DNA of 64,000 bases, from assembly GCA_907165135.1 (NCBI GenBank), contig OU015569.1, forward strand, positions 2,728,001 to 2,792,000, read 5' to 3'. Under the pieces are notes generated by a model. The model saw only the letters and a list, made by a program, of their open reading frames with translations, was not told where the DNA came from and made no database searches. Position numbers and translations under genes: made by a program. The stretch comes from Oikopleura dioica (Eukaryota; Animalia; Chordata). Below are positions 25,290 to 37,852 of this stretch, one piece after another. The first letter of the stretch is position 1. Each line of letters begins with the position of its first letter.

Positions 25290-28200
25290 ATGCTTCTTCA
25301 CGTTGCTCTGGTTTCGATCGTAGCCGGTGAGAAATAAGAGAGGTTTAACAGAGCTTATTGGAGTTTAGCAAAATGCGGCTACGAAGCCTGCCACCCCACG
25401 AAAGAGGGAGTCATCAATGTTCACATGGTCCCACACTCTCACGACGATACCGGTTGGAAGAAAACGGTTGACCAATATTACTACGGATCGAACAACACCA
25501 TCCAGGGAGGTGGAATTCAGTACACCATAGATACAGTCGTCACTGAGCTCTTGAAGAATTCAGACAGAAAATTCGTCTTCGTTGAAATTGCTTTCTTTGC
25601 TAAATGGTGGGCCGAAGCTACCGATCACCAACAACAGGTAAATTAAAACGAAATTTCCCTTCATAAAGTAATTAGCAAACTCGTCATTTGGTTGAAACCG
25701 GCCAGCTCGAGTTTTTACTTGGAGGTTGGTGCATGAACGATGAAGCTGCTTCTCATTACACCGCTATGCTCGAGCAAAATGGTCTTGGACTCCAATGGCT
25801 CCGACACCATTTTGGAGAATGCGGCCGTCCTCGCGGCGCCTGGCAGATCGATCCGTTCGGGCATTCCAAGACCCAGGCTGAACTGTTTGCTCTGATGGGG
25901 TGAGACATTGCAATAATTACTCTGTTTTAACATATTTGCGTAGTTATGATTCGGTTTTTTTTGCTCGAATGGACTACCAAGAATATAATCAACGCTCGAA
26001 GGACCGAGCGATTGAGATGATTTGGCGAGGAAATGACGATTTCCCCCAGTCCCGGGACCTGTTTACTGGAGGACTTGTCGACACCAGCTATGGTCCACCA
26101 GGAGGATTTTGGTTTGAGGGCTTTAGTGTGGACCCGATCATTGATAATGAAGAGTCAGACGAATATAATCTTCCTCAGCGCCTTGACGATTTTATCAAGC
26201 AAATTCAACATTACCAAGATCAGACTCATCCCGGAAATATCATGTTCACAATGGGAAGCGACTTTGCCTACTATAACTCGATCATGTACTTCAAGAACAT
26301 GGACAAGATCATCTACCACATGAATCGACTCCATGGTGATAAATATAACGTCATTTACTCGACTCCCGCTTGTTACACCAAAGCAAGAAACGAAGCTCAG
26401 CAGCAGTGGACTGTTAAGTCCGACGATTTCATGCCTTACTCCAACGGTCCTCAAGGCCAATACTGGTCAGGATACTTTACTTCTAGACCAGGTTTCAAAG
26501 GATACGTTTGGGATACAAACCCTGTCCTGCAAATGTGTCATCACATGAACCTCAGAGGCGCACACGTCCTTGGTCACCACGGAGATATTGCTGAGCATAA
26601 GCTTGCTGCTGCCTTTGGAGTTGGTCAGCATCATGACGGTATCTCCGGAACAGAGCAAGAACATGTTACATCCGACTACACCCGTCAATTGCATCGGGGT
26701 CGAACCGCTTGTAGAAACATCACAAATCAAGTGTTGGAACAAGAGTTCCAAGCTCCACTCAACTCAGTCAACTGCGAGTATCGAAATGTTTCCATCTGTG
26801 CGGAGACTGAAGCTGCTAAAGAATTCACGGTTGGAGTGTACTCGCCAGCTTCGCACGCTTTCCACTACCACATTCGAGTGCCTGTGAATGGCTCCAACTA
26901 CGAAGTTACCAATCAGGCAGGCGAGAAGGTTCCTTTCGACGTTGTCCCAGTTTCTGACAACACGAAGAGCATTCGACGAAACAGAGGCTATGCAACAAAC
27001 GAGCTCTGGATCACTGCAAAGACTGAAGGATTCGACTTTGCAACTTTCAACGTAAAGGAAGCCGAGGGTAACGAGGTTGTCTTGCCATCGCCAAAAGACT
27101 CAAATATGATCGAAAATGAGTACTACAAAATCTCGTTCGGGGAAAGAGGACTGGAAACGATCAATGGAATGGCTATCAGGAATGATCTTCTTTATTTTAA
27201 CTCTAGCCAGGGCTACGGACAAAACTCTGGAGCGTACATCTTCCGGCCTAACAAAACCGACCCTTTTACCATCAACGCGAAACCAACTGTTGAAATTACG
27301 AAGGGATCAAGCGTCGAATTCGCTACAGTAACATGGGGAAGCTGGGCGTCTCAGGAAAAGTGCGATTTTAGTCTCTGTGTTCGTATTGAGAATGAATTTT
27401 AAACACTAACATAAGGTTTACCGACTCTGGAAAGGTGAAAACACAGTAGAAGTTGAATGGTCAGTTGGTCCAGTTCCAGTCGAAGAAAAATGCCCGTGGG
27501 ATTCTAAACAAACTTGCAAATGGGGCAAAGAAGTCATTTCCAGGTATCAAACACCCATTAAATCGGCAGATGAAAAGGGACGTCCAACTGTGTGGACCGA
27601 CACTTCAGGAAGAAATAAATTGAAACGAACGAAAGACTACAGAGCTTGTTTCGACTTGAACACCACTGATGCAGAAACTGGCGTCGCAGGAAATTACTAT
27701 CCCATCAACTCTAGGATCGCTGTTGAAGACGATTCAAACCTTTTCTCTGTGCTTGTTGATAGAGCTGAAGCTGGTGGCTCAATGACAGAGGGGTCCATTG
27801 ATCTTATGGTTCACAGGAAGGTTTTTTTGCTTCATTGATACAAATTTTAAAAAGTATCAGAAAAGCCGATTGAAAGACGAATAACTGTCGACGATCACCG
27901 TGGAGTTGATGAGCCTCTAATGGAACCTGGTCAGTTTGGAGACGGTCTCATGGTTCGAGGACGCCACTTCCTTTTCCTGGGCAAGAGTGGCTCACTCGAA
28001 GACAAGCCAATGGAGGAAAAGATTCTTATGAAGCCACAAGTCTTTTTATACCCGGGTATGATGTAATGTCTGTTTTTATTTAACACCCTTATAAGGACAA
28101 ACTTTCCAGGCAAAGTCGAGTCCAATTTTGACGAAGGCTCTTGATCCTCAGTTGAAGATTATCTTGATCCAAAAACATTTCGGAATGTTCAACAATGACC

Positions 28201-28597
28201 GAGAAGTGGTTATTCGAATCGAGCATCTCTACCAGGCGGCTGACAAAGCTGGAAACGCTGTTGATATTGATCTCACGCACTTTTTAGGAATCGTTTTACT
28301 ATATTTTTAACTCTATCTTAAATATCTTTAATTATATTATATATAAGACATATAGTCATTTTGAGAAGATATCAGTTCAAAAACGTGAATAAAGCAAATT
28401 TCCAGACGGAACGCGCGAAGGAGTTTATGGCTGGAGGCGATGTGCCTATCGACCATTTTGAGAGATTCTCCTGGAATACCGGCGAGCAAGAAGAACACAA
28501 CAAAGAAAAATCAACCTGTGAACTGGATAACTTGTGTCTAAGAGTCAGCCCCGGCGATCTGAAGACTGTTGTTCTCGAAGGAGTTCACCATAATTAG
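25290..28597 (+). CDS. MAN2B1: Lysosomal alpha-mannosidase (GH38)
   Basis: Signal peptide; [82 protein letters not shown]. Confidence 0.95.
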
Positions 28598-28819
28598 AAA
28601 TAATAAAACAAGGTCGTATCAAGTTGTCATTCTCTATTTTTTTTCATACACAGTCACTAGTTCTTCACAGAATGAATTTTATACAGTAGAGTGCTTATTC
28701 GACTGAATTTCCGAGGTTCGCTCACTTATTGTTTTCCTTGTAAACTCTTCATGAATTTGATTTTTCTTTTTCTAAAAAAAAATAATTGTAAATTGACCTA
28801 AATTAACAAAAAGACTGTT

Positions 28820-29727
28820 TAATTTCTAACCTCATAGACAACATAACAAATAATTATGAATAAAATCAGTGCCGCACAAGGAATCGCGAGCAAGATTCCT
28901 GAAAGAATGTGATGGTCTCTACTAAATTCACACTCAAAGGAAAATACCTGTAGTTCGCCACTGATTGTTGTTCATCCTTTTTCTATCAACTCAAAGGTCC
29001 TTCTCGATAATTTTCTCCTGGGCAGATAAATATACAGGGTTCTGTCAATGAACGCTGCGTTGCAAGAATGAACAATGAGCGGAGTTAGATTTCTGCGGGC
29101 GCAGAGCTAATCGCTCGTGAACTCAAGTCCTTTCATTTTTTATCAAAAATTAATCAGATACAACATTGCGAGGATACTGCTTCATATATACAGATGTTAA
29201 TAATTGAGTTGGCCGTCAATCCCGCTCACCATCTGAATTTTAAATCGACTTGCCTTTAAATCGACTTCTTTATCAAAGGAAAATGTCATTTTGGACTTGC
29301 TTGAGTCAATCTGGATCGAAGATCCTCCGTCCAGAGGATGAAATCTGAACACAGTTTGGTATATACTGGTGGTTTATTTAATGTATTTCTTAAAGTTTCT
29401 AGGATTAATAAATAATCTGTTGCCAAAAAATTTTCTAACGTTTTATCTGAGAACTGGAATATGAACTGGAACTAGGGTAAGAGTAACTCTGGTCGTATGC
29501 AGAATCAATTGATACGTCGCTTGATTCAGATTCGTAGATTTGCTGGGCCGAGCTTGTAAGATCTATCTGTTGTTGTCAAATTGCAGGTTAGATTACCAAA
29601 TATGAGTTCTCATTGACAACAAAGCTTGTTCTCTGCTTGAGCTTGCGAATGAGTTGGAGCTCGAGCTAGATGAGCTGAAGGAACTGGAATGGCGGGGTTT
29701 GTACTCGTTGTTGTAGTCGCTGTTTGG
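28820..29727 (-). CDS. 3' part of the Thr-rich lectin/SRCR membrane glycoprotein gene split by the giant transposon
   Basis: PNSDYNNEYKPRHSSSFSS continues the frame from 43370; terminal hydrophobic ILLAIPCAALILFIIICYVVYEVRN* near 28820-28900. Intermediate exons unresolved. Confidence 0.5.
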
Positions 29728-30117
29728 CTCAGGTAGAAGTCTCCAATTGTGGCAGGGTGAAAAAAAAATTTTTTTTTCTGAATGGCTCATCTGAAAGAGC
29801 TTCTCAAACTGTATAAAAAACGTTTTTACAGTCTGCCCAAATCTTTGAAATTTTCGAGATTTGGACTTGTCAGAGGTGGAAATTCCGAAATTTTAACTGC
29901 TCGTAGAGCAAAATTTTTCCATAACAAATTTTTTTTTCTATTTTTTTTCGGAAACTCTATAGTCGAATCTATGTGCTCGCGAAAATTGAAGCAGATCGGG
30001 CAACATTTGGGCTGCAAAAATTTTTTTTTGAGGATTAGTTTTGCATTAATTTTGCAAATATAAAGCATATACTTTTATTTAATTACAAACTACAAAAAAT
30101 TAATCAAATAATGCTCT

Positions 30118-30165
30118 AAAGTCACTTGAGGTCATTTGAGGTCATCTGAGGTCATTTGAGGTCAA
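30118..30165 (+). repeat. 10-bp period AGGTCA array in the left TIR (mirror copy at 42931-42980)
   Basis: aagtca cttg aggtca tttg aggtca tctg aggtca tttg aggtca; the right TIR has five TGACCT at 10-bp spacing. Confidence 0.9.
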
Positions 30166-30253
30166 CTTTTTTTTGCCGGTAAATTACATATTTTTATTTA
30201 TTTGAAACATGAAAACGATTATTTTATCAATTTTAAAAACAAAAAAATAATTT

Positions 30254-32011
30254 TTATACCGTGCATATGTGTAAGATGCAAATGTAAAAGCACTTTAAAC
30301 TAAAAAGAATGAGGCATGTTGTGTTTGTTCCTTCTCGTTTTGTTCTTCTTTTAAAAATCTTCTCAGTCAGAAAATCCAGGCATTCTGCGATGAAAATTTC
30401 CTTAATATTTTTAAAATTTAAAAAATAAAGATACAAGCAATTACTTTTTTTTCTCGACGGCATAAGAGAGAGTTTAGAGCAGTCAAAGAAGATTGTTTGA
30501 CGATCTGAAACTTTAACACTGAGGATTTCGACCATATTTTTCATGTTTATAAATACCTTTCTTTCGTTTAGGAAGACTCCGTGGTTCTGGATAACTGTCA
30601 TTCGCTGTTAAAATTTGTTTTTCGACGCTCTATTAAAAATAATTTAAAAGGCAAAGATTTCAGATAGTAAGATATTTGAAGTTACTGTAAAATATTCTTT
30701 ATTTAAGGACTTGTTTGCTTAATATCCATTTTTCGAAAAGAATGATGCCGGGGGCAGGGTCCTTAAATCTAAGCTTCTATGAGTATCCTCAATTTTACCT
30801 GAATAATTGAGACGATTAATTGACGAGCATAATTGTCTTTCAGATGAACTTTATCTGGCGAAAAAAAATGCTGTTTGAGGCTTCTGAAGAATCGGTACTC
30901 AAAAACATTCAATTTTTAGTTCTATTTCCAATTAAATGAAAACCTCTTCCTGTTTTACTCGATAATAGTTAGCTAAGCTAGGTACTTTTGCACTTAATAT
31001 CTTCTTGAGCCATTTTTGTGTTGATTCTTCAATTGTTCTAAGCGGCTTAGCAAGTGGAAAAGGTTGAACAAAGAGGATTTTTCTTGCATTCGTAAACAGC
31101 GATGTAAGGGTTCTATGTAAAACCTTTGAAAAGTTCTTTTATTTTTATTTTGTTAATTATCTTTATAATCGGACATAGATAAAAAAAATGTTCTTGCGAC
31201 GATTTAGATAGAGAAAGAACTATCCTGAATTGCTTTATCTAGGTCAACATCTTGGAATGCCAGTGTTGATGCCTTCAGAATATTGTTGTGTCCAGCATAG
31301 ACTAGAACTGTTCCGGAGACGCGCGAATGACAATTTGTATGGCAATTTTCGCATAAAAATCTCTCCGGTAGATTTTCACCATAGTTCCAGGCATTCCGGC
31401 TCTTGATTTGAAGAATTGGTCTTCTTTCCTCATCGCAGATTTGTCCTACTTTCATCAGGACTGCTAATTCAGTTAAACAGGCACCAGAATATGACGTAAT
31501 AATCCAGTTTTTTTTCTTTAATTTGTGTTTTCCGAAATATTTTATCTAAAGTGGTGTTTGAATAATTTCTTACTTTAGCTAATGAAACACATATATAAGG
31601 GGACTCCGCGGAAAACCAAAAGCAGGTCGCACCCTCATATTTTGAAAATTTTTACGCGTCTACTTAAAGATCTCAAGATGCTCATTCAGAATCGCGATTA
31701 AAAATTGTATCGGGGGCATCGGGATATAGATATGATGGCCGCCGAAAAGAGGCCCACAAACCATAAAATCGAATTTTTCTCGAATTCCCAATACCCCCGA
31801 TATGATGTTTATTCGCGATTCTGAACAGGCATATCAAGAGCTTTAAGAAAATGTGTTCAAAATTATCTCTCCATAAGGACGCCCCCATTAAAGTATTTTT
31901 TCCGCGTAGACCTAACTGTTCTATCATCTTTTTATATTCAAACAGTCCTGTGAATCTCCGAGAAGGAAATTTGTTTTTTCGTATCCGAAGAAACATGGTC
32001 GGCGCCAGCAC
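30254..32011 (-). other. Fragmentary ORFs of unknown function inside the giant transposon
   Basis: Short minus-strand ORFs (31682-32011; 31204-31455 with CENCHTNCH; 30254-30601) in the same orientation as other cargo; no family recognised. Confidence 0.3.
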
Positions 32012-32107
32012 TCTCGTTCATGCCCTTTGAACCATAAAGACTCCATAACTAATGTATGATATTAAGGATAGAACATGGATATTATGGATAGAACATCGGC
32101 TGAGCGC

Positions 32108-32478
32108 GGCTGCCCGTTTAGCGCCCCGCCATGACCGTTTTTTCAGAGACCCGTCAAATCTGAACGGTAAATGATTTTATCTTTATTATTTTTGCTTAAT
32201 GATCATCAAAGCCTATTCTTTTATACAAACAATTTGAAAATATCAAAATGGGATAACTTGGTCAAAGTCTCGGAATGAGAGCGACTCTTTCAAAGCCCTC
32301 TATAAAAATCTAAAGATTTATTTTGAAACTCAGACTAGAAATAAAAGGAAAGTAGAAGTGAAATAGAAGACTAAAAGTGAAGAAGTCGGAGCTCTACAAA
32401 ATCGAAGAATATAATTCATCGTTCAGATTAGACGGGTCTCTGAAAAATAGATAACGACGGGGCGCTAAACGGGCAGCC
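32108..32478. mobile_element. MITE nested in the giant transposon
   Basis: ~60 bp imperfect TIR ggctgcccgtttagcgccccg...cagagacccgtcaaatctgaacg mirrored at 32421-32478; no clear TSD. Confidence 0.75.
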
Positions 32479-33047
32479 GATCTTATATTTTACGCTTAAG
32501 ATGGAGAAAACAATTTTTCAATTAACTAGTTTTCCATTTTTCTAACATAGATATTGCGCTCATTTTTCTGACCTGTGTCGAGGCATCACCCATGTTCCGT
32601 TATGAGAACATACAGACAGTTTGAATCGATGATAAATATTAAATATCTTCTGTGTTTCAGGATTTGATTGAAGAATGGCTGTTTTATTTTATAGTCACAC
32701 GGGCAATAAAAAAAATTATAAGCATTCTGAATTCAATGATTTGATTTCTTCTTTCTTTTGCCTTTCTTTTACTCACAGAAAAGAGAATTTCAAAAACAAG
32801 AATTAACAATTAGGAATATTTGTATTTAACAACGAGGAAAAAAAATGTAATCGTGATATTTCCAGATTAGGAAAAACGGACTCTTTTCGATTCAGCATTG
32901 ACTTCACTTGAATGCTGTGCGACTCTTTTTGATGGAGTTGTTTTATTGCACACCCAATGACTTAAATTTATGAACTGTATTTATTAATATTGCCATACTT
33001 AATTTTTTTGAGTTGATTTTCCTTGATCTCAAGAATATTCGACGATG

Positions 33048-33400
33048 TTATTTCTGGTGTTCCAGCTTTGAATTCTTGCTCAATTCTTTAATAATTTTTA
33101 TAAATAATTTTAAGCAACAAATAATTTTAAAGATTTTTTTTAACCTGTTGAGCACATAGACCGCGCAATCACGATTCGTTTGCGGAACATTTTCGCGTTT
33201 TTTCTTCCAAGGGCCCTGATCATTCAGAATTTTTCCAATAGTATCAAGAAGTTTTTTTTTCGAACTATCAATGGCGTTTTGATAATTTCCAATAGCCCCA
33301 TTTGTATCATAGACAGTAACTGAGCGAGATTTGACATTAACGATCAAGAGTGCCGCGTGGTTTTCATCTTTTGATGACAGCAATAATGGTGCACAAATTT
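33048..33400 (-). CDS. Ulp1/SENP-like (C48) cysteine protease domain
   Basis: KICAPLLLSSKDENHAALLIVNVKSRSVTVYDTNG...ENVPQTNRDCAVYVLNRL shows His, Asp, Gln and Cys in C48 order. Confidence 0.75.
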
Positions 33401-33722
33401 TTTTCGTTTCTTAAGGCTTGGGTCATTATAAGTGCCTTGAGTCATGTTTCCGACGGAAGATGTAGGATATGAGCAAAAATCTGTTTCTCGAATTTTAAAT
33501 TCGGACAAGATAACGATTTTGACCCCGGACTTTGGAAATTTCCGCTTTCAGAGAAGATTTTGATATTTCGCTTAAGAAAAACAGAAAATTAGGTTTTAAA
33601 GCTCTAGAGTCACACCTTTGGCGGGCCACAGGGTAGAGGATACTGACTGTTTTATTTGTATTTTCTAATCTTAAGAGCGCAATCTTAATCAGGGTTCTCT
33701 AGAGCATATAGCCCTGTTTTAG

Positions 33723-36700
33723 TTAATGACGTTCGGTCGTTAAAACCCTTAACTGAGCTTGAATATCTGTTGCAGAGTAGACGTAATCGCTGATTGTTTG
33801 TTTGTTTGATAATTCTCGAAGATTGACGGGTCTTCTTTGAGGCTGATTTTTATTATCAATAATTATTGTTCCGTCTTTCTGTCCGATTTTTCTGGAAAAT
33901 GTGTTTCCAGAATTTCGAACACAGAGACTAATTTTTCCACTGGAACAGAGATCGCAGCTGCAGACTATGTCTTTTGCATAAAGAGCTCCTCTTGCTGCGT
34001 CGAAGTTTATCATACGAATCGATTTAATTGACGGTATGTTGAGATTTACGGAAGATTTCGTGGTCTCTTCATTTTTATTCTTGAGAATGGCATATTCTCG
34101 CCCAGCAAAATTTTGTTTTGCGCGTTTTTCTTTTTCTTCTGTCCGCAGCTTCTGCTCATTTTCCTTCAAGAATCCGAGGCATTCATCAAGAGTACCACAG
34201 CGATTTACAAGTTTCGCATTTTTTATCGTGGTAGCGCAGTGACTATGGGCGCCATCGACGAGGCCTCAGAATTCTAGAATTAGTTTCGCGGAAAAAATAC
34301 CTTTTCCATGGCGGCTGGTTTTGAAAATATAAGTTCTCCGCAGGCCATCGTTATTTGAAATGGCATGGTGAAAATGTTCCCTCGATTTGAATTCAGAGCT
34401 CGCATTATGTAAAACAGGGTTCGGGAAATTCAAAGATCTTATAAATCCGCAAGATCGAAATAGACCATTACCTACCGACGAGCCATAATGGAATTATCGT
34501 CAACATTAAAATGCAAATTTTAACCCTTTCGAACCCTTTCAGAAATCCTGTTAATGACTGTGAAATTTATGTTTCGATTTTTAAAATTTTCAACAATCAT
34601 TTTTTCCGCCTCAATCGGCGCTCCGGCAAATTTCTTCTCCATAAGAAAATGAAAGTATTGCATTTTTTGTATTTCGTTTTCATTCCATCGAGCGACCGCC
34701 GTTAAAACGTTACAATTCAATCCAAGGCGCCCGGCTTGAAGATATTCATGCTATTTTTAGGGTTCATGTAAACAAGCCAAGCGAAATTAATGAATTTTCT
34801 GATCCCGAACTGTGACGCAGTATTATTTTGAAGAACAAACGTCGAGGCGTAGTCAAGCTTTCCACGGGTCTCAGAAAGTTCTTGCTTATAGACACACTTG
34901 ACGTATTCATTCGATACAATTTAAGACCCTCGGCTCAAGATGAAGACTCCCTGGCTTAACATCTCCATGTTCATATACTTTAAGATCTTCATTATTTCTG
35001 CTCTTGTCGATGCTATGGGCAAGTGTTTCTCTCGTCATACTTTTAAGCTGATCGAAGAATTGCCGTATTGGCATTTTACCGCGAGTTTCGCTACCAGAAA
35101 CAAAAGCTGTCTCAGCTTTAACTCCAGCTTTGAGGAGTTCGAATCTGTCAAAGGCAACGGTCTCGTCAGGATGCATTTGTACGACTTTTTCGAATATTTC
35201 TCGATCAAAGTCTTCCATAAATTCATCCGGACCAACGCAACTCTTGTGAGTGCAGTCGCTGCAGGATGTTGAATTTTTTGGGTGAACAAAGCAACTTGTC
35301 TTCTTTTTACGATCAGTGACACAATATTGTTTGTCCGTTGTTGCACAGGTGCTCCTTTCCAAGATTTCTTTGAAATTGAAGCCTGCCAATGCGGGAACGT
35401 CTTATGGAGGGGGGCTTTTTTATCCTCAAGATCTTGTTAGGACCTGTTAACGGATTCTGCGATGAACTGTGATATCTAAGAAAAGAGTCTCCTGTCCTAA
35501 TTTCTTTCCAAGGCTCTGCGCAGCCTTCTCATAAGTTCCCTTGTTAAGGCAGGACTAATAAATGGTCTTAATCATATCATGGTGTGATTTCCATTACAGT
35601 GACAATAAATTTATAATAATTCACGATTTAAGACCCTATCTCGCAGGCGCATACAACTTGCGTTGTACGTGAGGGCGGAATGTAGTAAAATGGAGTCATA
35701 CTTTTGAACTCCTTCAAAGTTAGGTGTGTAAGCTGTGGATATTCACTAATAAATTCAGCGTGAAGTTCTTCAAGAGTTTTTTTCAGTATTCTTCTCGAAG
35801 TGGTCAGAGACTGAGTCGTTGGTCGTAGCAAGTCAATTTTATGGGTTCGCGTATCACATTTTTCACGAAGATATTTCAAGACAGTGCGGTCAAGAATTAA
35901 GGATTCCCTTAGAGTTGCTTTCTTTTGACTCGGATCAATGAAAGCTCTCTCGTCAAGAAATGCGTCTATTGCCGAAACAAATATAGGATTATAGACATGA
36001 TGGAGATCGTAAAATTCATTAATTTTATAATCCAATCTAATGAAATATTCGCGGATTTGATCTGATTGAAATTGGCATAATTTTCCCCAGATTCTTTTTC
36101 ATCTGCAAGCTTCTTCAGTTTCTTTTTCTAAAGCGAGGTCGCTCAACTTTCCGATATTTATAATAGGGTGTTTTTCCATTTACTCTATCAATATTGTTTT
36201 GGACTTTTTGACCGGTCCTTAATTCCAAATGTCGAGGAAAGAACATGAATTCTTTCTTGCGAATTATTTTCTTTTAATACCGCTTTTAAAATCACGTTCT
36301 CATTTTTCCAAGTTGATTTGTCAAGCATATTTTTCATTATTTCACTAGAATTATAATCTTTTATAAATTGTTCTATTCTTTTATAAAATTTTCTCTTCAC
36401 AAACCTTGGTAAAAGCTGCATTTTGATGAGAGTATTTTGATTCTGCTCACTCAGGTTTTGCATTTCACTTTTAATTTCCTCGGTTGTTTTCAAAGTTGAC
36501 AGAGCTTCCAAAATACTTGGAACGGAAGATGTACTGGCAATTTCTTCAAGTGCACCTATCAAGTTTTCTTTTTCAAGTTCAAGCCGCTCAGCGGGATTTT
36601 CATCTATCCAATCAGGATCAGAGTCATCTTCCTCAGAATTCGTCGTTTTATTCTTTTTAAGAATAGAGCGAGGCTGAATGTTTAGTTCCTGCTCTTGGTT

Positions 36701-37400
36701 CTGTTCAACACTTCCTTCCTCTTCTCTAGAGGCGCGTGATATTTTTTCGAGACGAACGTCAGCATCCAAATGCTCTATCGTTGATTTTGATAGAATCCCG
36801 ACTTCTTGAGGCATAAAAAGCATCTGCTCACTTGCCTCGACATTTTTCGTTAACACTGTAGGCAAATTTTTTGATGAATGCGGTGCCTCTTGATTTTCAA
36901 GAAGATAAGGCTCTTCAGATGATTTTTGCACCCTGACAGGTTCTTCTCTAACAGCTTGAACTAGACCGGAGCCGAAGTCATCTTTGTGATTACTCACGTG
37001 GTCTTCAATATGCTCTAATGGGATCCTCTGGCAGCATATAAAGCAGGTTGGCAAAACGCATTGTCTGATCTCATGCTGTCGTTTTACCCGGCCATTCTGT
37101 TTTGTTGGACGACTTCCACAGCATTTGTAGGCATCTTTTCTCTTCAATAGCTTCACATCATAGTCTTTGCTTGTGACGGAAGCCGTACAGTTACCAAGGT
37201 GATTATTGTATAAATCCAAAGAAGAAAAGTGCTTTTTGCAATCTTATTTTTGATAAGAACACAGCATACTTAGACAATCCTGATAATTATTATCTTTCCT
37301 GTGCAGACTCGACCAGAGCATATTTTAACATGATCATGAAATGCTGAGGCAGTAGAAGATGTTGGAAAATTATTTCCACATTTACGACAACAAGAGTATC
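33723..37400 (-). CDS. Intron-containing Sola2-like DDD transposase with N-terminal Zn-binding motifs (possibly disrupted)
   Basis: LTLKEFKSMTPFYYIPPSRTTQVVCACEI, CSDC, D-x-IEYVKCVYKQELS-like segment, NASSEFKSR, IFKTSRHGKG|LVDG and IVCSCDLCSSGKISLC parallel the Sola2 motifs F..LRP...C.C..H, DFAENY..Q.E.QS, DG..SQFK, SHGKG..DG and SC.C..C as recalled. The second catalytic Asp is not cleanly readable. Confidence 0.6.
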
Positions 37401-37439
37401 CTTTGATGGATTTTAACAGCGCTCAAGCTAAAAAGCTAG

Positions 37440-37510
37440 ACAAGTCCTGGGATTGAACAACGGTTTCCCGCGTCCGGCCGGGGTGTGCTACCACTGGATC
37501 AACTCGCCGA
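37440..37510 (-). pseudogene. Degenerate tRNA-Asp-like sequence (pseudo-tRNA or SINE head)
   Basis: Minus strand tccagtggtagcacaccccggccggacgcgggaaaccgttgttcaatccc has A and B boxes and resembles tRNA-Asp CCCCGCCTGTCACGCGGGAGACCG; anticodon loop and acceptor stem are broken. Confidence 0.55.
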
Positions 37511-37852
37511 GATCTCTATCGAGATTTTGAAATGATACTCTGAACGGTCGGGCCTGAGCGCTGCTAGGACCCATCACCTTTATAATTGGACAATTTAATC
37601 GATGGACGAGACGTCGGTCCATTGTATCTATTGGGTTGTAAGCGGTCGTTTGGGCAGACAAGTAAAGATAGAAAAATTTTTAGGTAAAATATTTTTCATT
37701 CTTTGAAGGTCTGTTCAAAAGGCCGCCTACCACCCTTTTTGTATTAAGCTCTTTAACTAAAAACTTTGCAAAAAGTTTTTCTGCTTCTTTCGCCGTAAAA
37801 GCGGGAGAAGATTTCAGCTTAAGAATGTTAGAAAATTCTTAAAAAAAAACGA

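Noticed and set aside
34390-34510. Claim that the transposase is intact and active
   Set aside because: The second catalytic Asp region and several junctions contain stops or ambiguous splicing; activity cannot be asserted.
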